From Sutterella sp. (lineage in GTDB: Bacteria > Pseudomonadota > Gammaproteobacteria > Burkholderiales > Burkholderiaceae_F), in contig JAXEEN010000021.1 of assembly GCA_034104065.1 (NCBI GenBank), forward strand, positions 383 to 64,382: 64,000 nt of DNA, given 5' to 3'. Under the pieces are notes generated by a model. It made no database searches and was not told where the DNA came from. It saw only the letters and a program-made list of their open reading frames with translations. Below are positions 37,097 through 48,720 of this stretch, piece after piece. The position numbers were made by a program, and so were the translations under genes. Every line of letters starts with the position of its first letter. Positions within the stretch are counted from its first letter, which is position 1.

Positions 37097-37996
37097 ATGC
37101 GCATTCTCGTTCCCGTTGACGGCAGTGAAAACAGCATGCACGCGGTGGAGTTCATCGCCGGACGTACGACGCTGCTCGGCAGCGATCCCAAGATCGAAGT
37201 GCTCAATGTGCAGCTGCCGCTCCCCGCACGCGCCTGCCGGCTCGTCGGTCAGGATTCGCTGACGCGCTACTACGAAGACGAAGCGGAAAAGGTGTTCGAA
37301 CCCGTCCGCTGCGCGCTCGCGAAAGTCGGCTTCCAGGCCAATGAATCCTATGTCGTCGGCGAAGCCTCCGACAGCATCGCCGCTGAAGCCGAAAAGCTCG
37401 GCGCCGATCTGATCGTGATGGGATCCCGCGGCCAGAGCGCCCTCAAAGGCCTCTTCTTCGGCTCCGTTTCGAACGGCGTCCTCGCTAAATCGAAATGCCC
37501 GGTTCTGATGCTTCGCGACAAGCCCGCTCCCGAAGCTGACGCACTGAAGGTCGGCATCGCCGTCGACGGTTCGAAGTACGGCCGAGCTGCCGTTCGCTAC
37601 GCCCTCAAGCACGTTTCGCTGTTCGGCACGGGTGCGCAGTTCTACCTCATCAACGTCGTCAGCGACTACGCCGGCGCCGTCATGCCCGACATGGCCGGCA
37701 TGGCTCTTCCTGCCCTTTCCGAAGAAGAAGTGCTCGAACTTCAGAAGGATGAATTCAATGAAGCCGTCGAGCCGCTGCGTCCGCTGTTTGCCAAGGCCGC
37801 CGTCAAGACGAAGGAAATCTGCCTCGTCGGCAACGCCGGCGATGAAATCGCCGCCTTCGCCAAAAAGAAGAAGCTCGACCTTGTGATCATGGGCTCGCAC
37901 GGCTACGGCCGCTTCAAGGCCGCCGTCATGGGTTCCACCGCCACCCGTATTGCGGCAACGGGCGACGTGCCGCTTCTGATCATCCGTCAGGCATAA
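37097..37996 (+). CDS. tandem-domain universal stress protein
   Basis: Two USP domains (ILVPVDGS..MGSRG..GSVS; IAVDGS..MGSHG..GSTA); AAGGAGG SD. Confidence 0.93.
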   Translation: MRILVPVDGSENSMHAVEFIAGRTTLLGSDPKIEVLNVQLPLPARACRLVGQDSLTRYYEDEAEKVFEPVRCALAKVGFQANESYVVGEASDSIAAEAEKLGADLIVMGSRGQSALKGLFFGSVSNGVLAKSKCPVLMLRDKPAPEADALKVGIAVDGSKYGRAAVRYALKHVSLFGTGAQFYLINVVSDYAGAVMPDMAGMALPALSEEEVLELQKDEFNEAVEPLRPLFAKAAVKTKEICLVGNAGDEIAAFAKKKKLDLVIMGSHGYGRFKAAVMGSTATRIAATGDVPLLIIRQA

Positions 37997-38253
37997 CAGC
38001 CCCCGGGAATGCTTCCCGGCTCCGATCTGCTGTCGGCCGGCAGTGCTAACGCGCTGCCGGCCTTTCACTTCGTCCGAAAAGAGTAAAGCCCGGGCGTGAA
38101 CAGGTGGTTTTGCCGTGTCGGCGCAGGTTTTTGCGTCACGCCGTCTCGGGTGTCCCTAAAATACGGTATAACGTTACTCGTTGTTCAGGGCCTCCCTTCC
38201 ATGCGGGTATGGAGCCCTTCTTGCGCCGTTATTCAGCAAACCAACAAAAAAGA

Positions 38254-39006
38254 ATGATGAACGATACGCTTTCCGCCCTGACGGGCCTCGCACAGCCTCC
38301 CACCGTCCGCCGCAATACACTGGACGCGCCCGGTGAATACGATCAGAAGAATGCTGTTCGCGTCTACATCGCCGCCGAGAACCTCACGGAAGCCCGCCGC
38401 ATGACGGCACAGCTCAACACGCAGCCCGACATCACCGTCATCGGCTATGCAGTGACCGTATCCGAATTTGAAACCGCTCTTCACCTTCGCCGTGACATCG
38501 ACGTGCTGATCACGGATGTCGTGCTTGAAAACCGCGACATGGCCGATCTGATTGCGCAGGCGACATCGCGCCACCCCAATCTCAACGTTCTCTGCTACAC
38601 GTATCACGGCGATGAGGCTCATGTGATCCGTTCCATTCAGAGCGGAGCCACGGGCTATATTCTGCGCAGCACGAACGAAGACCTCGCCAACTGTGTTCGT
38701 CTGCTTCAGGGCGGCGGATCTCCCGTTTCGCCCATCGTTGCCCGCAGCGTTCTCCGCGCACTTCATTCCAAATCCCGCGGAGAACCGGCGCCGAGATCCG
38801 ATACGCAGCAGCTCTCCGCCCGTGAAACGGAAATTCTTCAGCTCCTTGCCAAAGGCATTCCCTTTGCCGAGATTGGCGACATCCTGTCGATTTCACCGCA
38901 TACCGTGACGGCCCACATCAAGAAAATCTACCGAAAACTTCAGGTGCACTCCCGCGGCGAAGCTGTTTATGAAGCGCAGTGCCTCGGACTTCTGCCCGAA
39001 CATTGA
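38254..39006 (+). CDS. NarL/LuxR-family response regulator with atypical receiver domain
   Basis: LSARETEILQLLAKG...EI..ILSIS.HTV..HIKKIYRKLQV.SR LuxR HTH; receiver-like LITD, GATGYILR. Confidence 0.9.
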   Translation: MMNDTLSALTGLAQPPTVRRNTLDAPGEYDQKNAVRVYIAAENLTEARRMTAQLNTQPDITVIGYAVTVSEFETALHLRRDIDVLITDVVLENRDMADLIAQATSRHPNLNVLCYTYHGDEAHVIRSIQSGATGYILRSTNEDLANCVRLLQGGGSPVSPIVARSVLRALHSKSRGEPAPRSDTQQLSARETEILQLLAKGIPFAEIGDILSISPHTVTAHIKKIYRKLQVHSRGEAVYEAQCLGLLPEH

Positions 39007-39019
39007 ACACCGATCTCAT

Positions 39020-39055
39020 AAAAACGAAGAGCCGCATCTGCGGCTCTTCGTTTTT
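39020..39055. terminator. perfect bidirectional terminator
   Basis: AAAAACGAAGAGCCGCA-TC-TGCGGCTCTTCGTTTTT. Confidence 0.9.
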
Positions 39056-39534
39056 CAGTTCTGTCTCACCCAGTGACCGGATTTACCGCCGGCCTTTTCA
39101 AGAAGACGGATCTCCGTCATGACCATCCCTCGGTCCACGGCCTTGCACATGTCATAAACCGTCAGCAGTCCGACCTGGACGGCCGTGAGCGCCTCCATTT
39201 CCACACCGGTCTTTCCGCAGCACTCACAGGTCGCCGTACAGCGAACGCTGGACGTATCCCTGCAGAGCTCGAAATCGACCGCCACGCGTGTGAGCGAAAT
39301 CGGATGGCACAGCGGCACGAGTTCGGCAGTCTTTTTGCTGGCCATGATCGCAGCGACTCGGGCGATGCCGATGACGTCGCCTTTCTTGGCCGATCCCGAA
39401 GCGATCAGTTCAAAAGTCGCGGGAGCCATTCGTATCGTTCCCTCGGCTACGGCAACACGATGCGTTTCGTCTTTGGCGCCGACATTGACCATATGGGCCT
39501 GTCCGTGCTCATCAAAATGTGTCAGTTCGCTCAT
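39055..39534 (-). CDS. moaC: cyclic pyranopterin monophosphate synthase
   Basis: [43 protein letters not shown]. Confidence 0.96.
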   Translation of the reverse strand: MSELTHFDEHGQAHMVNVGAKDETHRVAVAEGTIRMAPATFELIASGSAKKGDVIGIARVAAIMASKKTAELVPLCHPISLTRVAVDFELCRDTSSVRCTATCECCGKTGVEMEALTAVQVGLLTVYDMCKAVDRGMVMTEIRLLEKAGGKSGHWVRQN

Positions 39535-39637
39535 TTTCGTTACCTTTGCTTGTCGGACGCGACGTGAAGGCGTCCCCAGTCAGATCATCCCGCTATCATA
39601 GCTGTCTGAGTCCATTTTTTTGCCACCCGGGGACCTG

Positions 39638-41140
39638 ATGAGGATTAAAACCTGGATTTCTCTTGCCGCCGCCCTGATGACGGGACTGACGCCCTGCACG
39701 GCGATGCCTGCCGGACCGACGGCGCTCGACCTCAATCTGCCGAGTCTCGGCACGGTGGCAGGCGCCGAACTTTCTCCCGCGGATGAAAGAGCTTTCGGCG
39801 CTCAGATTATGACGCAGGTTCGCGCCGATCCGACCTTCATGTCGGACCCGGAAACCACGGAATACCTGAATCATCTCGGCTATCAGCTCGTCAGCCGCGC
39901 AAACACCTATACCTATCAGTTTTTCTTCTTCCCCATCCGGGATGCGTCCCTCAATGCCTTCGCGCTGCCCGGCGGATACATCGCCGTTCATTCCGGCACG
40001 ATCATCTCCGCGAAGAATGAAAGCGAACTGGCGGGCGTCATGGGGCATGAAATCGGTCACGTCTCCCAGCGGCATATTGCACGAATGATCGAAGGTCAGA
40101 AGAGCAACATGGCCATCACGCTCGGCTCGCTCCTTCTTGCCATTCTGGCCGCTCGTGCGGGCGGCAGCTCCGGAGGACATGCCGCAGCGGCCATTGCCAT
40201 GGGCTCTCAGGCCGCCATGATTCAATCCCAGCTCAACTACTCTCAGGACGCCGAACGCGAAGCCGACCGAGTCGGACTTCAGACCCTGTACAACGCAGGC
40301 TTCGACCCGCGGGGCATGGAAAGTTTTTTTGAGCGTCTGCAGGCGAACAATCGGCTGTATGAATCGGCAGCGCCCGCCTATCTGTCCACTCACCCGCTCA
40401 CGATCGAGCGTCTTTCCGACATGGAAAACCGCACGCGTCAGCTTCCCGTGAGGATGCATCGGGACAGCATCGACTTTCAGCTCATTCAGGCAAGACTCAC
40501 CGTGCTTCAGGAAACCACTTTCGACGGGTGGTACAAAGTGCAGAAGGAGTTTCAGCGCCGACTGGCCGCCGCCAAGGGCGTCGACGCCGCCGTCCTGGAG
40601 TACGGTCTGTCGGTCGTCAGCCAGCAGCTTCGTCAGACCGATTCAGCGTACCGGCATGCCCAGGCCGCCATGAAGGCAGGCACGAGCAGCATCCTGGTTC
40701 GCAACCTCTGCCGCACCGAATACAATGCGGCCAAAACGGCTGCCGAGAAGAAGGCTGCCGTTGCCAGAGCGAAGAAGGCGCTTGATCAGTTTCCGCTCTC
40801 CGCCATGATGGCGGAAAGCTACGTCGACCTTCTCTATGCCGAAGGCCGGCATCAGGATCTCATCAGCTTCATCCGCAACGGTTCCGCCCTGAGTCAGGAT
40901 GATCCCGACTATCACGCTCTCCTTGCCCGCTCGTACGAAAAACTCGGCAGGCGCTCGCTTCAGTACCTTCATACGGGCGAAATGTATGCGCTTGTCGGCT
41001 CGACTGAAGCGGCCGTTTATCAGCTCTCGCTTGCGCAGAAGGCCTCGGACGGCGATTTTTATACAATGAGCGAAGTCGACGCCCGTCTCCGGGAACTTCG
41101 CCAGCAGCTCCTTATTGAGAGAGAGCGAGCCAAAAAGTAG
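39638..41140 (+). CDS. bepA: beta-barrel assembly-enhancing protease (M48 plus TPR)
   Basis: Signal peptide, [41 protein letters not shown]. Confidence 0.9.
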   Translation: MRIKTWISLAAALMTGLTPCTAMPAGPTALDLNLPSLGTVAGAELSPADERAFGAQIMTQVRADPTFMSDPETTEYLNHLGYQLVSRANTYTYQFFFFPIRDASLNAFALPGGYIAVHSGTIISAKNESELAGVMGHEIGHVSQRHIARMIEGQKSNMAITLGSLLLAILAARAGGSSGGHAAAAIAMGSQAAMIQSQLNYSQDAEREADRVGLQTLYNAGFDPRGMESFFERLQANNRLYESAAPAYLSTHPLTIERLSDMENRTRQLPVRMHRDSIDFQLIQARLTVLQETTFDGWYKVQKEFQRRLAAAKGVDAAVLEYGLSVVSQQLRQTDSAYRHAQAAMKAGTSSILVRNLCRTEYNAAKTAAEKKAAVARAKKALDQFPLSAMMAESYVDLLYAEGRHQDLISFIRNGSALSQDDPDYHALLARSYEKLGRRSLQYLHTGEMYALVGSTEAAVYQLSLAQKASDGDFYTMSEVDARLRELRQQLLIERERAKK

Positions 41141-41270
41141 TCCTTTCGGACGCTGTCCAAGCCCACGGAAGCATGCGACAATAACGCCGCCGACTTTCTC
41201 CGGAAAGACCGGACCGATTTTTATTCATGAATCCGCCTTGCGGCTGGATTTCTCCCGTTCTGTTACCAAA

Positions 41271-42356
41271 ATGGCTATTGAAGATTACATGACCGTCGCC
41301 GAGCCGAGCGACGAACTGATTGAAACCGATGCCGTGGTCGTCGGCGCTGGCCCCGTCGGCCTCTTTCAGGTTTTTGAACTCGGCCTTCTCGAAATCAAGT
41401 GCCACGTCATCGACTCTCTGAAGAATGTCGGCGGCCAGTGCATGGAGCTTTATCCCACGAAGCCCATTTACGACATTCCCGCCGTTCCGGTCTGCTCCTC
41501 GTACGAGCTCACGGAAAACCTTCTTAAGCAGAACCATCACTTCGGTCCGATCTTCCATCTCGGTCAGGAAGTGACGCGTGTTGAAAAGCAGGAAGACGGC
41601 CGTTTCTTTGTTGAAACGAGCGCCGGCACCCGCTTCATGACCAAGGTCGTGATCATTGCCGCTGGCGTCGGCTCCTTCCAGGCCCGCCCGCTTCGAGTCA
41701 AGGGCATCGAAAAGTTCGAAGGCACTCAGCTTCACTACAGCTGCAAGGATCCGTCCGTCTTCGAAGGAAAGAACGTGGTCATCTGCGGCGGCGGAGACTC
41801 GGCTCTCGACTGGACGCTCAACCTTGTCGGCAAGGCTGAAAGCGTGGTGCTTGTCCATCGCCGCGACGGTTTCCGCGCTCAGGCCGCTTCCGTCGCCAAG
41901 ATGAAGCAGCTCTGCGAAGACTGGGAAATGCAGTTCGAAGTCGGTCAGGTGACGGGCTTCAACGAGGAAGACGGCAAGCTTTCCGAAGTGCTGGTCTCCG
42001 GCGCCGACGGCGTCACCCGCCGCATTCCGCTTGATCACCTGCTCGTCTTCTTCGGTCTTCAGCCGAAGCTCGGACCCATTGAAAACTGGGGACTCAAGCT
42101 CGAAAGAAAGCAGATCGTCGTCGATACCGCCCGTTTTGAAACAAACATTCCGGGCATCTTCGCCGTCGGCGACATCAACACCTATCCGGGCAAGAAGAAG
42201 CTCATTCTCTCGGGCTTCCATGAATGCGCACTCGCCGCCTTCGCCGCCTGCGACTACGTCTTCCCGGAAAAGAAGGTTTTCCTCCAGTACACGACGACTT
42301 CGCCCAAGCTCCACAAGGTGCTCGGCGTTGAAACGCCGAACATGGACGAACCCTGA
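41271..42356 (+). CDS. thioredoxin-reductase-like ferredoxin--NADP+ reductase
   Basis: [53 protein letters not shown]; no CxxC. Confidence 0.9.
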   Translation: MAIEDYMTVAEPSDELIETDAVVVGAGPVGLFQVFELGLLEIKCHVIDSLKNVGGQCMELYPTKPIYDIPAVPVCSSYELTENLLKQNHHFGPIFHLGQEVTRVEKQEDGRFFVETSAGTRFMTKVVIIAAGVGSFQARPLRVKGIEKFEGTQLHYSCKDPSVFEGKNVVICGGGDSALDWTLNLVGKAESVVLVHRRDGFRAQAASVAKMKQLCEDWEMQFEVGQVTGFNEEDGKLSEVLVSGADGVTRRIPLDHLLVFFGLQPKLGPIENWGLKLERKQIVVDTARFETNIPGIFAVGDINTYPGKKKLILSGFHECALAAFAACDYVFPEKKVFLQYTTTSPKLHKVLGVETPNMDEP

Positions 42357-42376
42357 CATCCGCTGATGAACAGATT

Positions 42377-42413
42377 AAACGGGGCCCCTCCGCACAGGAG
42401 GGACCCCGTTTTT
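42377..42413. terminator. terminator
   Basis: AAACGGGG.CCCTCC..GGAGGG.CCCCGTTTTT. Confidence 0.8.
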
Positions 42414-42434
42414 CCATGGGTCTTCCGACGAGAA

Positions 42435-43523
42435 TCAGTCGTTCACGACGCGAATGCCGGGCATCTTCGCCGAATAATCCTTGCCGAGTCGGGCAACGGC
42501 GCCGGCAACCTTCATCGCCATGTCGATGTACATCTGGGCCTCCCGGCTTTCCGGTTCCGCCGCCACGGTGGGACGGCCTCCGTCGGCCTGTTCGCGAATC
42601 TTGGAAGCCAGCGGCAGTTCGCCGAGAAGCGGAACACCGTACTGTTCACTCATGCGCTTGGCGCCGCCCTCTCCGAAAATATGTTCGACCTGACCGCAGT
42701 GCGGGCAGATGAAGACGGACATATTCTCAACCAGGCCCAGAATCGGTACGTTCACCTTCTGGAACATGCGCAGACCCTTCTTCGCATCGATGAGCGCGAT
42801 GTCCTGCGGCGTGGTCACGACCACGGCCCCGGTAAGAGGAACCTGCTGCGACAGCGTCAGCTGAATGTCGCCCGTTCCCGGAGGCATGTCGACGATGAGG
42901 TAGTCGAGATCGTGCCAGTTGGTTTCCTTGATCAGCTGCTCGAGTGCACCGGCGGCCATCGGACCGCGCCAGATCATCGGCTCGTCCTCATCCACCATAA
43001 AGCCCACCGAATTGATCTGAAGACCGAGAGACTCCAGCGGCTCGATCGATTTGCCGTCCACACTCATGAGCGGACCGGTCGCACCGAGCATCTTCGGCTG
43101 AGACGGACCGTAGATGTCCGCATCGAGCACGCCGACGCGGGCGCCTTCGTGCGCCAGCGCCAGCGCCAGATTGGCGGACACCGTCGACTTGCCGACGCCG
43201 CCCTTGCTGGAACTCACGGCAATGATGTTCTTGACGCCGGGAAGCACGCGGAGCGTCCCCTGCACCTTGTGCGCGATGATGTTCTGAGTCACGTTGACTT
43301 CGACAGAAGCAGCACCGGCAGCCTGTACGGCCTTGGCGACGGCCTCGCCGACCGCCTGAGCGCGGTTCCTGGCGGGATAGCCGAGCTCAATACTGACAGT
43401 CACGTTGCCTTCGGCATCGGTTTCAGCGCCCTTGAACATCTTGCCCGACACATAGTCGGTTCCGGTAACGGGATCCGTCAGCTGAGCCAGTGCGGCCTTA
43501 ACGGCGTCCGTGGAAATGGTCAT
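42435..43523 (-). CDS. apbC: iron-sulfur cluster carrier ATPase Mrp/ApbC
   Basis: KGGVGKSTV, DADIYGPS, WRGPM, DMPPGTGD, ENMS.FICPHC. Confidence 0.95.
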   Translation of the reverse strand: MTISTDAVKAALAQLTDPVTGTDYVSGKMFKGAETDAEGNVTVSIELGYPARNRAQAVGEAVAKAVQAAGAASVEVNVTQNIIAHKVQGTLRVLPGVKNIIAVSSSKGGVGKSTVSANLALALAHEGARVGVLDADIYGPSQPKMLGATGPLMSVDGKSIEPLESLGLQINSVGFMVDEDEPMIWRGPMAAGALEQLIKETNWHDLDYLIVDMPPGTGDIQLTLSQQVPLTGAVVVTTPQDIALIDAKKGLRMFQKVNVPILGLVENMSVFICPHCGQVEHIFGEGGAKRMSEQYGVPLLGELPLASKIREQADGGRPTVAAEPESREAQMYIDMAMKVAGAVARLGKDYSAKMPGIRVVND

Positions 43524-43739
43524 AAAACTCTCCGTCTAGGATGGGCGTCCTCTGTCTCCCAGAGGCGTCCGGAATGTTGCATGGCTAGCATTGTAGCCTG
43601 ACAATGATTAAAAGTTTGTTAATTCCTAGCGGCTTGCAAGGTAATTTCGGCCCTCGGAAGAGGGGTCTCGGGTACAATAGTCAATTGCTTCGGATTCAAT
43701 GCCGAAGCCTTTTTTCTTCAACCTCGGACAACAACGACG

Positions 43740-45797
43740 ATGAGTCAGCGAAATCTTTTTGTTACTACGGCATTGCCTTACGCCAACGGCGCCTTCCACA
43801 TGGGCCACATCATGGAATACATCCAGGCGGATATCTGGGTGCGCCATGAGCGAATGTCCGGCAACAAAGTGCATTTTGTGGGTGCCGACGACGTCCACGG
43901 CGCGCCGATCATGATCGCCGCCCAAAAGCGCGGCATCACTCCGCAGGCTTTCGTCGCCGAAATCGCCGCCGGCCGCAAGCAGTACCTTGACGGCTTCCAC
44001 ATCAGCTTCGATCACTGGCACAGCACGGATGCGCCTGAAAACCACGAACTGAGCCAGGAGGTCTACCGCCGTCTCAAGAAGGCGGGCCTCATCTACACGA
44101 AGGAAATCGAACAGTACTACGACACGGTTAAGGGCATGTTCCTCGCCGACCGCTTCATCAAGGGCACCTGCCCCCGCTGCGGCGCCCCCGACCAGTACGG
44201 CGACAACTGCGAAAAGTGCTCCGCCGTCTACTCCCCGATGGAAGTGGTGAACCCCTACTCGACGCTGTCCGGCTCCCGTCCGGAAATCCGCAAGTCGACC
44301 CACTACTTCTTCAAGCTTTCCGATCCGCAGTGCGTGGAATTCCTTCGCGAGTGGACGAGCGGCAAGGGCAAGGACGGTCTGCCGCGCGTGCAGCAGGAAG
44401 TTCTCGCAAAGGACCAGGAATGGCTCGGCAAGGACGGCAATCTGTCCGACTGGGACATTTCCCGCGACGAACCCTATTTCGGCATCGCGATTCCGGACGC
44501 CCCGGGCAAGTATTTCTACGTCTGGCTTGACGCCCCGGTAGGTTATCTTGCCTCGCTCAAGGCTTACTGCGCCAAGAAGGGCATCGATTTCGAAGCGCTT
44601 CTTCGAGACGAGTCGACCGAACAGATTCATTTCATCGGCAAGGACATCATCTATTTCCATACGCTTTTCTGGCCTGCCATGCTCCACTTCTCCGGCTCGC
44701 CCTTCCGCGTGCCCGATCACGTGAATGCGCACGGCTTCATGACCGTAAACGGAGAAAAGATGAGCAAGAGCCGCGGCACCGGCATTTCGCCGCTGCAGTA
44801 TCTCGAGCTCGGCATGGATGCCGAATGGCTGCGTTATTACCTTGCCGCGAAGATGACCTCCCGCGTTGAAGACGTCGACTTTACGAAGACCGACTTCCTT
44901 CAGCGCGTCAATTCCGACCTGATCGGCAAGTACGTCAATATCGCGAGCCGTTCCGCCGGCTTCATCTTCAAGAAGTTCGAGGGCCGGGTGGACGACAGCG
45001 TCATGAAGGATCCGCTGCTTGAAAGCATCCGCGCCCGAAGCGAAGAAGTGAAGGGCTTCTTCGAAGTCCGTGAATATGCCCGCGCCACGCGCATCGTCAT
45101 GGAACTGGCAGACAAAATCAATGAGTTCGTCGATCAGGAAAAGCCGTGGGAGCTTGCCAAGGATCCCGCCCGCATGAAGGATCTTCACCGCGTTTCCTCG
45201 ATTGCGCTCGAAGGCTTCCGCCTGCTGACCCTTTTCCTCAAGCCGGTGCTGCCCGCGACGGCCGAACGCGTCGAAGCGTTCCTGTCGATCGAGCCGCTCA
45301 ACTGGTGCGACGTTGACCGCGCCCTCTCTTCCGCCAATCCGATCAAGGCCTTCAAGCACCTGATGCAGCGCGTCGACATGGACAAGCAGCTCAACGTTCT
45401 CGTTCCGGAAAAGGCGCCTGAACCTCAGCCCGTCGTGCCCGGCGGCGAGCCGATTGCCGCCGAATGCTCCATCGACGATTTCATGAAGATCGACCTGCGC
45501 GTTGCCAAGATCGTCAAGTGCGAGGAAGTCGAAGGTTCAACCAAACTGCTGCGCCTCACGCTGGATCTTGGCGAGGGCCGCACCCGCAACGTGTTCTCCG
45601 GCATTAAGAGCGCCTACCGCCCCGAAGATCTCGAAGGCCGTCTGACGGTTGTGATCGCCAACCTCGCGCCGCGCAAGATGCGTTTCGGTGTTTCCGAGGG
45701 CATGGTGCTGGCGGCCTCCGATGCCAACGACAAGTCGCTGGGCCTTTTCGTACTCGAACCGCACTCCGGCGCCGTTCCCGGCATGCGCATCCGCTAA
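43740..45797 (+). CDS. metG: methionine--tRNA ligase
   Basis: [14 protein letters not shown], zinc knuckle CPRC..CEKC, KMSKS, C-terminal tRNA-binding domain. Confidence 0.97.
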   Translation: MSQRNLFVTTALPYANGAFHMGHIMEYIQADIWVRHERMSGNKVHFVGADDVHGAPIMIAAQKRGITPQAFVAEIAAGRKQYLDGFHISFDHWHSTDAPENHELSQEVYRRLKKAGLIYTKEIEQYYDTVKGMFLADRFIKGTCPRCGAPDQYGDNCEKCSAVYSPMEVVNPYSTLSGSRPEIRKSTHYFFKLSDPQCVEFLREWTSGKGKDGLPRVQQEVLAKDQEWLGKDGNLSDWDISRDEPYFGIAIPDAPGKYFYVWLDAPVGYLASLKAYCAKKGIDFEALLRDESTEQIHFIGKDIIYFHTLFWPAMLHFSGSPFRVPDHVNAHGFMTVNGEKMSKSRGTGISPLQYLELGMDAEWLRYYLAAKMTSRVEDVDFTKTDFLQRVNSDLIGKYVNIASRSAGFIFKKFEGRVDDSVMKDPLLESIRARSEEVKGFFEVREYARATRIVMELADKINEFVDQEKPWELAKDPARMKDLHRVSSIALEGFRLLTLFLKPVLPATAERVEAFLSIEPLNWCDVDRALSSANPIKAFKHLMQRVDMDKQLNVLVPEKAPEPQPVVPGGEPIAAECSIDDFMKIDLRVAKIVKCEEVEGSTKLLRLTLDLGEGRTRNVFSGIKSAYRPEDLEGRLTVVIANLAPRKMRFGVSEGMVLAASDANDKSLGLFVLEPHSGAVPGMRIR

Positions 45798-45851
45798 GCC
45801 GCTTCATCGGCCGCAAGAAGCCGATTATTTGGACATAGCTTGCGATCGGAC

Positions 45852-45884
45852 AAAGGCACTCTTTCTCAGAAAGAGTGCCTTTTT
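45852..45884 (+). terminator. terminator after metG
   Basis: AAAGGCACTCTTTCT-C-AGAAAGAGTGCCTTTTT. Confidence 0.85.
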
Positions 45885-45938
45885 CTTACAATTAGCCATT
45901 TTCCTTCCGCCCACCCTTATCAACCCCTTTTTAGAGTC

Positions 45939-47684
45939 ATGAGCTTTAAAGAATCGGTCCGCGAATTCATGCACCATGTGCCGCTGGCCAAATTCCATCC
46001 CGTTCTCATTCAGAGTCTGCGCGAATACGATACGCATATGCTTTCGCGAGACGTATCTGCGGGTCTGACCGTCGGCATGGTCGCACTGCCCCTTGCCATG
46101 GCATTCGGCATTGCCTCCGGCGTGCCTCCCGAATCCGGCCTTTACACCGCCATCATCGCCGGCTTCCTCATTTCGCTTCTCGGCGGCTGCCGCGTTCAGA
46201 TCGGCGGCCCGGCGGGCGCTTTCGTCGTCATCATCTACGGCATCATCGCTCAGTACGGTCTGAGCAACCTGATGCTCGCCACGCTCGGCTCGGGCATCAT
46301 TCTTTTCTTCATGGGTCTCTTCAAAATCGGGGGCTTCATCAAGTTCATTCCGGTTTCGATCGTGATCGGCTTCACCAACGGCATTGCCGTCATGATCGGA
46401 CTGCAGCAGGTGAAAGATTTCCTGGGCCTTTCCGTGGAAAAAATGCCGGCCGACTTCTTCGGTCAGATCAATACGATCATCGCCAATATTTCCAGCACCA
46501 ACTTCTGGGCCTTCGGCATCGCTCTGACGAGCTTCCTCATCATCAAGTTCTGGCCGAAGGGCTATCAGATGAGCGGTCCGCAGTGGCGCAAATGGCTTGC
46601 TCACCTGCCCGGCACCGTCGTCGTTCTCGTCCTGTCGACCATCGTCGTCACGATCTTCCATCTTCCCGTTGAAACGATCGGCTCCAAATTCGGCGGAATT
46701 CCCCAGTCGCTGCCCAGCCTCCAATTCCCCGAGTTCGAGTGGAACACCGCCAAGATGCTCTGGGGTCCGGCCCTTACCATCGCCGTGCTCGGCTCCATTG
46801 AAAGTCTGCTGTGCGCCCGCGTGGCCGACACCATGACCGACGACCGCCACGATCCCAACCAGGAGCTGATGGGTCAGGGCATCGCCAACATGGTCGTGCC
46901 GTTCTTCGGCGGCATTCCCGCCACCGGCACCATCGCCCGTACGGTGACTAACATCAAGTCCGGCGCCTTCTCGCCCGTGGCCGGCATGGTTCATGCCGTC
47001 ACGCTTCTCGTCGTGATTCTTGCTGCGGCGCCGCTTGCCAGCAACATCCCGCTCTGCGCTCTCGCCGCCATTCTCGTCTTCGTCGCCTGGAACATGGGCA
47101 ACTGGCGTGAATTCCTGCGCCTGCGTCAGATGACGCTGTCGTACAAGGCCACGCTTTTGGTCACGTTCTTCCTTACCGTGATCTTCGACCTGACGGTCGC
47201 CGTGGAATTCGGCATTGTGGTCGCCTGCGTCTTCTTCCTGATGCGCATGAACAACCTGACCGTCGTCGAACCCGCGACGCTTCCGTTCGACGTGCCCGAC
47301 ACGGTCGAAGCCTGGCACGTCAAGGGTGCGCTTTTCTTCGGCTCCGTTTCGAAGCTCGAGCACGTCACCGACCCGACGCGCATTACTTCGTCGGGCGCTG
47401 CCCGCATCGTCATTCTTGACTTTGAAGATCTGCTCAACATCGACAATTCGGCGATGGACCAGATCGAGGTCTTTGTGCGTGCCCTGCACCGTCACAACCA
47501 CGAGCTCATTATTGCCGGCGCTGCCGGTCATCCGCTCGCCCAGCTTAAGCGCACCGGCATCGCACAGGAACTCGGCCCCAATCTTGTTCCCAACATGGAA
47601 TTCGCTCTGATGAGAGCCAAGACCGTGCTCAGAGAGCAGGACGAAAAGGCCGCGGCACGCCGCGCCATCATCGTCGAAGGCTGA
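45939..47684 (+). CDS. SulP/SLC26 anion transporter (DauA-like) with STAS domain
   Basis: AGLTVGMVALPLAMAFGIASG, QIGGPAGAF, ESLLCA, PNQELMGQG.AN, PATGTIART, GALFFG. Confidence 0.93.
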   Translation: MSFKESVREFMHHVPLAKFHPVLIQSLREYDTHMLSRDVSAGLTVGMVALPLAMAFGIASGVPPESGLYTAIIAGFLISLLGGCRVQIGGPAGAFVVIIYGIIAQYGLSNLMLATLGSGIILFFMGLFKIGGFIKFIPVSIVIGFTNGIAVMIGLQQVKDFLGLSVEKMPADFFGQINTIIANISSTNFWAFGIALTSFLIIKFWPKGYQMSGPQWRKWLAHLPGTVVVLVLSTIVVTIFHLPVETIGSKFGGIPQSLPSLQFPEFEWNTAKMLWGPALTIAVLGSIESLLCARVADTMTDDRHDPNQELMGQGIANMVVPFFGGIPATGTIARTVTNIKSGAFSPVAGMVHAVTLLVVILAAAPLASNIPLCALAAILVFVAWNMGNWREFLRLRQMTLSYKATLLVTFFLTVIFDLTVAVEFGIVVACVFFLMRMNNLTVVEPATLPFDVPDTVEAWHVKGALFFGSVSKLEHVTDPTRITSSGAARIVILDFEDLLNIDNSAMDQIEVFVRALHRHNHELIIAGAAGHPLAQLKRTGIAQELGPNLVPNMEFALMRAKTVLREQDEKAAARRAIIVEG

Positions 47685-47744
47685 TTCCCGTCCGCTTTGA
47701 AAGGATGCCCGGAAGTTTCCGGGCATTCTTCGTTTCAGCTCCCG

Positions 47745-48641
47745 TCAGACGGCAAACAGTCCGCCGAGCTCTTCGGGAGACGGACACCGCAGATCTCCGA
47801 CCGACACCGCTTCAGGCTTGGTCACATAGAGCGGAGCATAAGGCGCCGCCTGAGTGATGATCACCATGCCCTCTTTGGCAAGTTCCAACAGGGCCAAGAA
47901 CCAGACGGTCATCACCTCCCTGCCGTCCGTGCCGGACAGCATCTCGAGCGTCAGAAAGGGTTTCTCGCCGAGCAGCTTCAGCACGGCGGACATATGCTCC
48001 CGGACCGAGAGTTCCTGTCGGGCCACGCGATGCCGAGCGCTCAGCTTCAGCCGATCAAGCACGGCCAGCCAGGCCGACGCCACATCGGCTCCGGAGACGT
48101 CCGGCAGCAGCGGTTCCGACAGCGACAGGCGTTCTGCCGACGAAACACGGAAATCCCGGCCGCATCGGGGAAGATCCTGCAGCTTCAGCGATGCGTTGCG
48201 AATCTTCTCGTACTCAAGCAGACGGCGCATCAATTCCGCTCTCGGATCCTCGGGCTCCCCGCCGTCAGCCGCCGGAGGAGCCGGCAGCAGAAGCCGGCTC
48301 TTGATCTGCATGAGCGTAGCCGACATCACCAGATACGTCGACGCAAGCTCCAGATCGTTTTCGCGAACCATATCCACATAACGCATGTACTGGTCCGTGA
48401 GATCCGCCATGGGAATATCCATGACGTCGAACTTCTGCTTTCTGATCAGATAAAGCAGCAGGTCGAGCGGTCCCTCGAAGCTCTCCAGAAACACGCGCAG
48501 CGCCTCCGGCGGGATATAGAGTCCCTCCGGACAATTTTCCAACGGCTCGCCGTAGAGTCTGGCCAGAATCAGCTTTTCCGCGGACTCGGACACTCCTCGA
48601 AACAGCGTCGGTTCACTCGTATCTGCGGTTTGTTCGTTCAT
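47745..48641 (-). CDS. scpA: segregation and condensation protein A
   Basis: LYIPPEAL.VFLESFEGPLDLLLYLIRKQ, KSRLLLP, FLALLELAKE. Confidence 0.93.
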   Translation of the reverse strand: MNEQTADTSEPTLFRGVSESAEKLILARLYGEPLENCPEGLYIPPEALRVFLESFEGPLDLLLYLIRKQKFDVMDIPMADLTDQYMRYVDMVRENDLELASTYLVMSATLMQIKSRLLLPAPPAADGGEPEDPRAELMRRLLEYEKIRNASLKLQDLPRCGRDFRVSSAERLSLSEPLLPDVSGADVASAWLAVLDRLKLSARHRVARQELSVREHMSAVLKLLGEKPFLTLEMLSGTDGREVMTVWFLALLELAKEGMVIITQAAPYAPLYVTKPEAVSVGDLRCPSPEELGGLFAV

Positions 48642-48720
48642 ATGTAAAAAGCCTCCGGCAATGCCGCCGGAATCAGCGGCACTGCACGAAGGCCTTCAGC
48701 GTCGGAGCGCTCAGTCCGAA

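Noticed and set aside
47745-48641. scpA without adjacent scpB or smc
   Set aside because: Separation of these genes is common in betaproteobacteria and not informative from one window.
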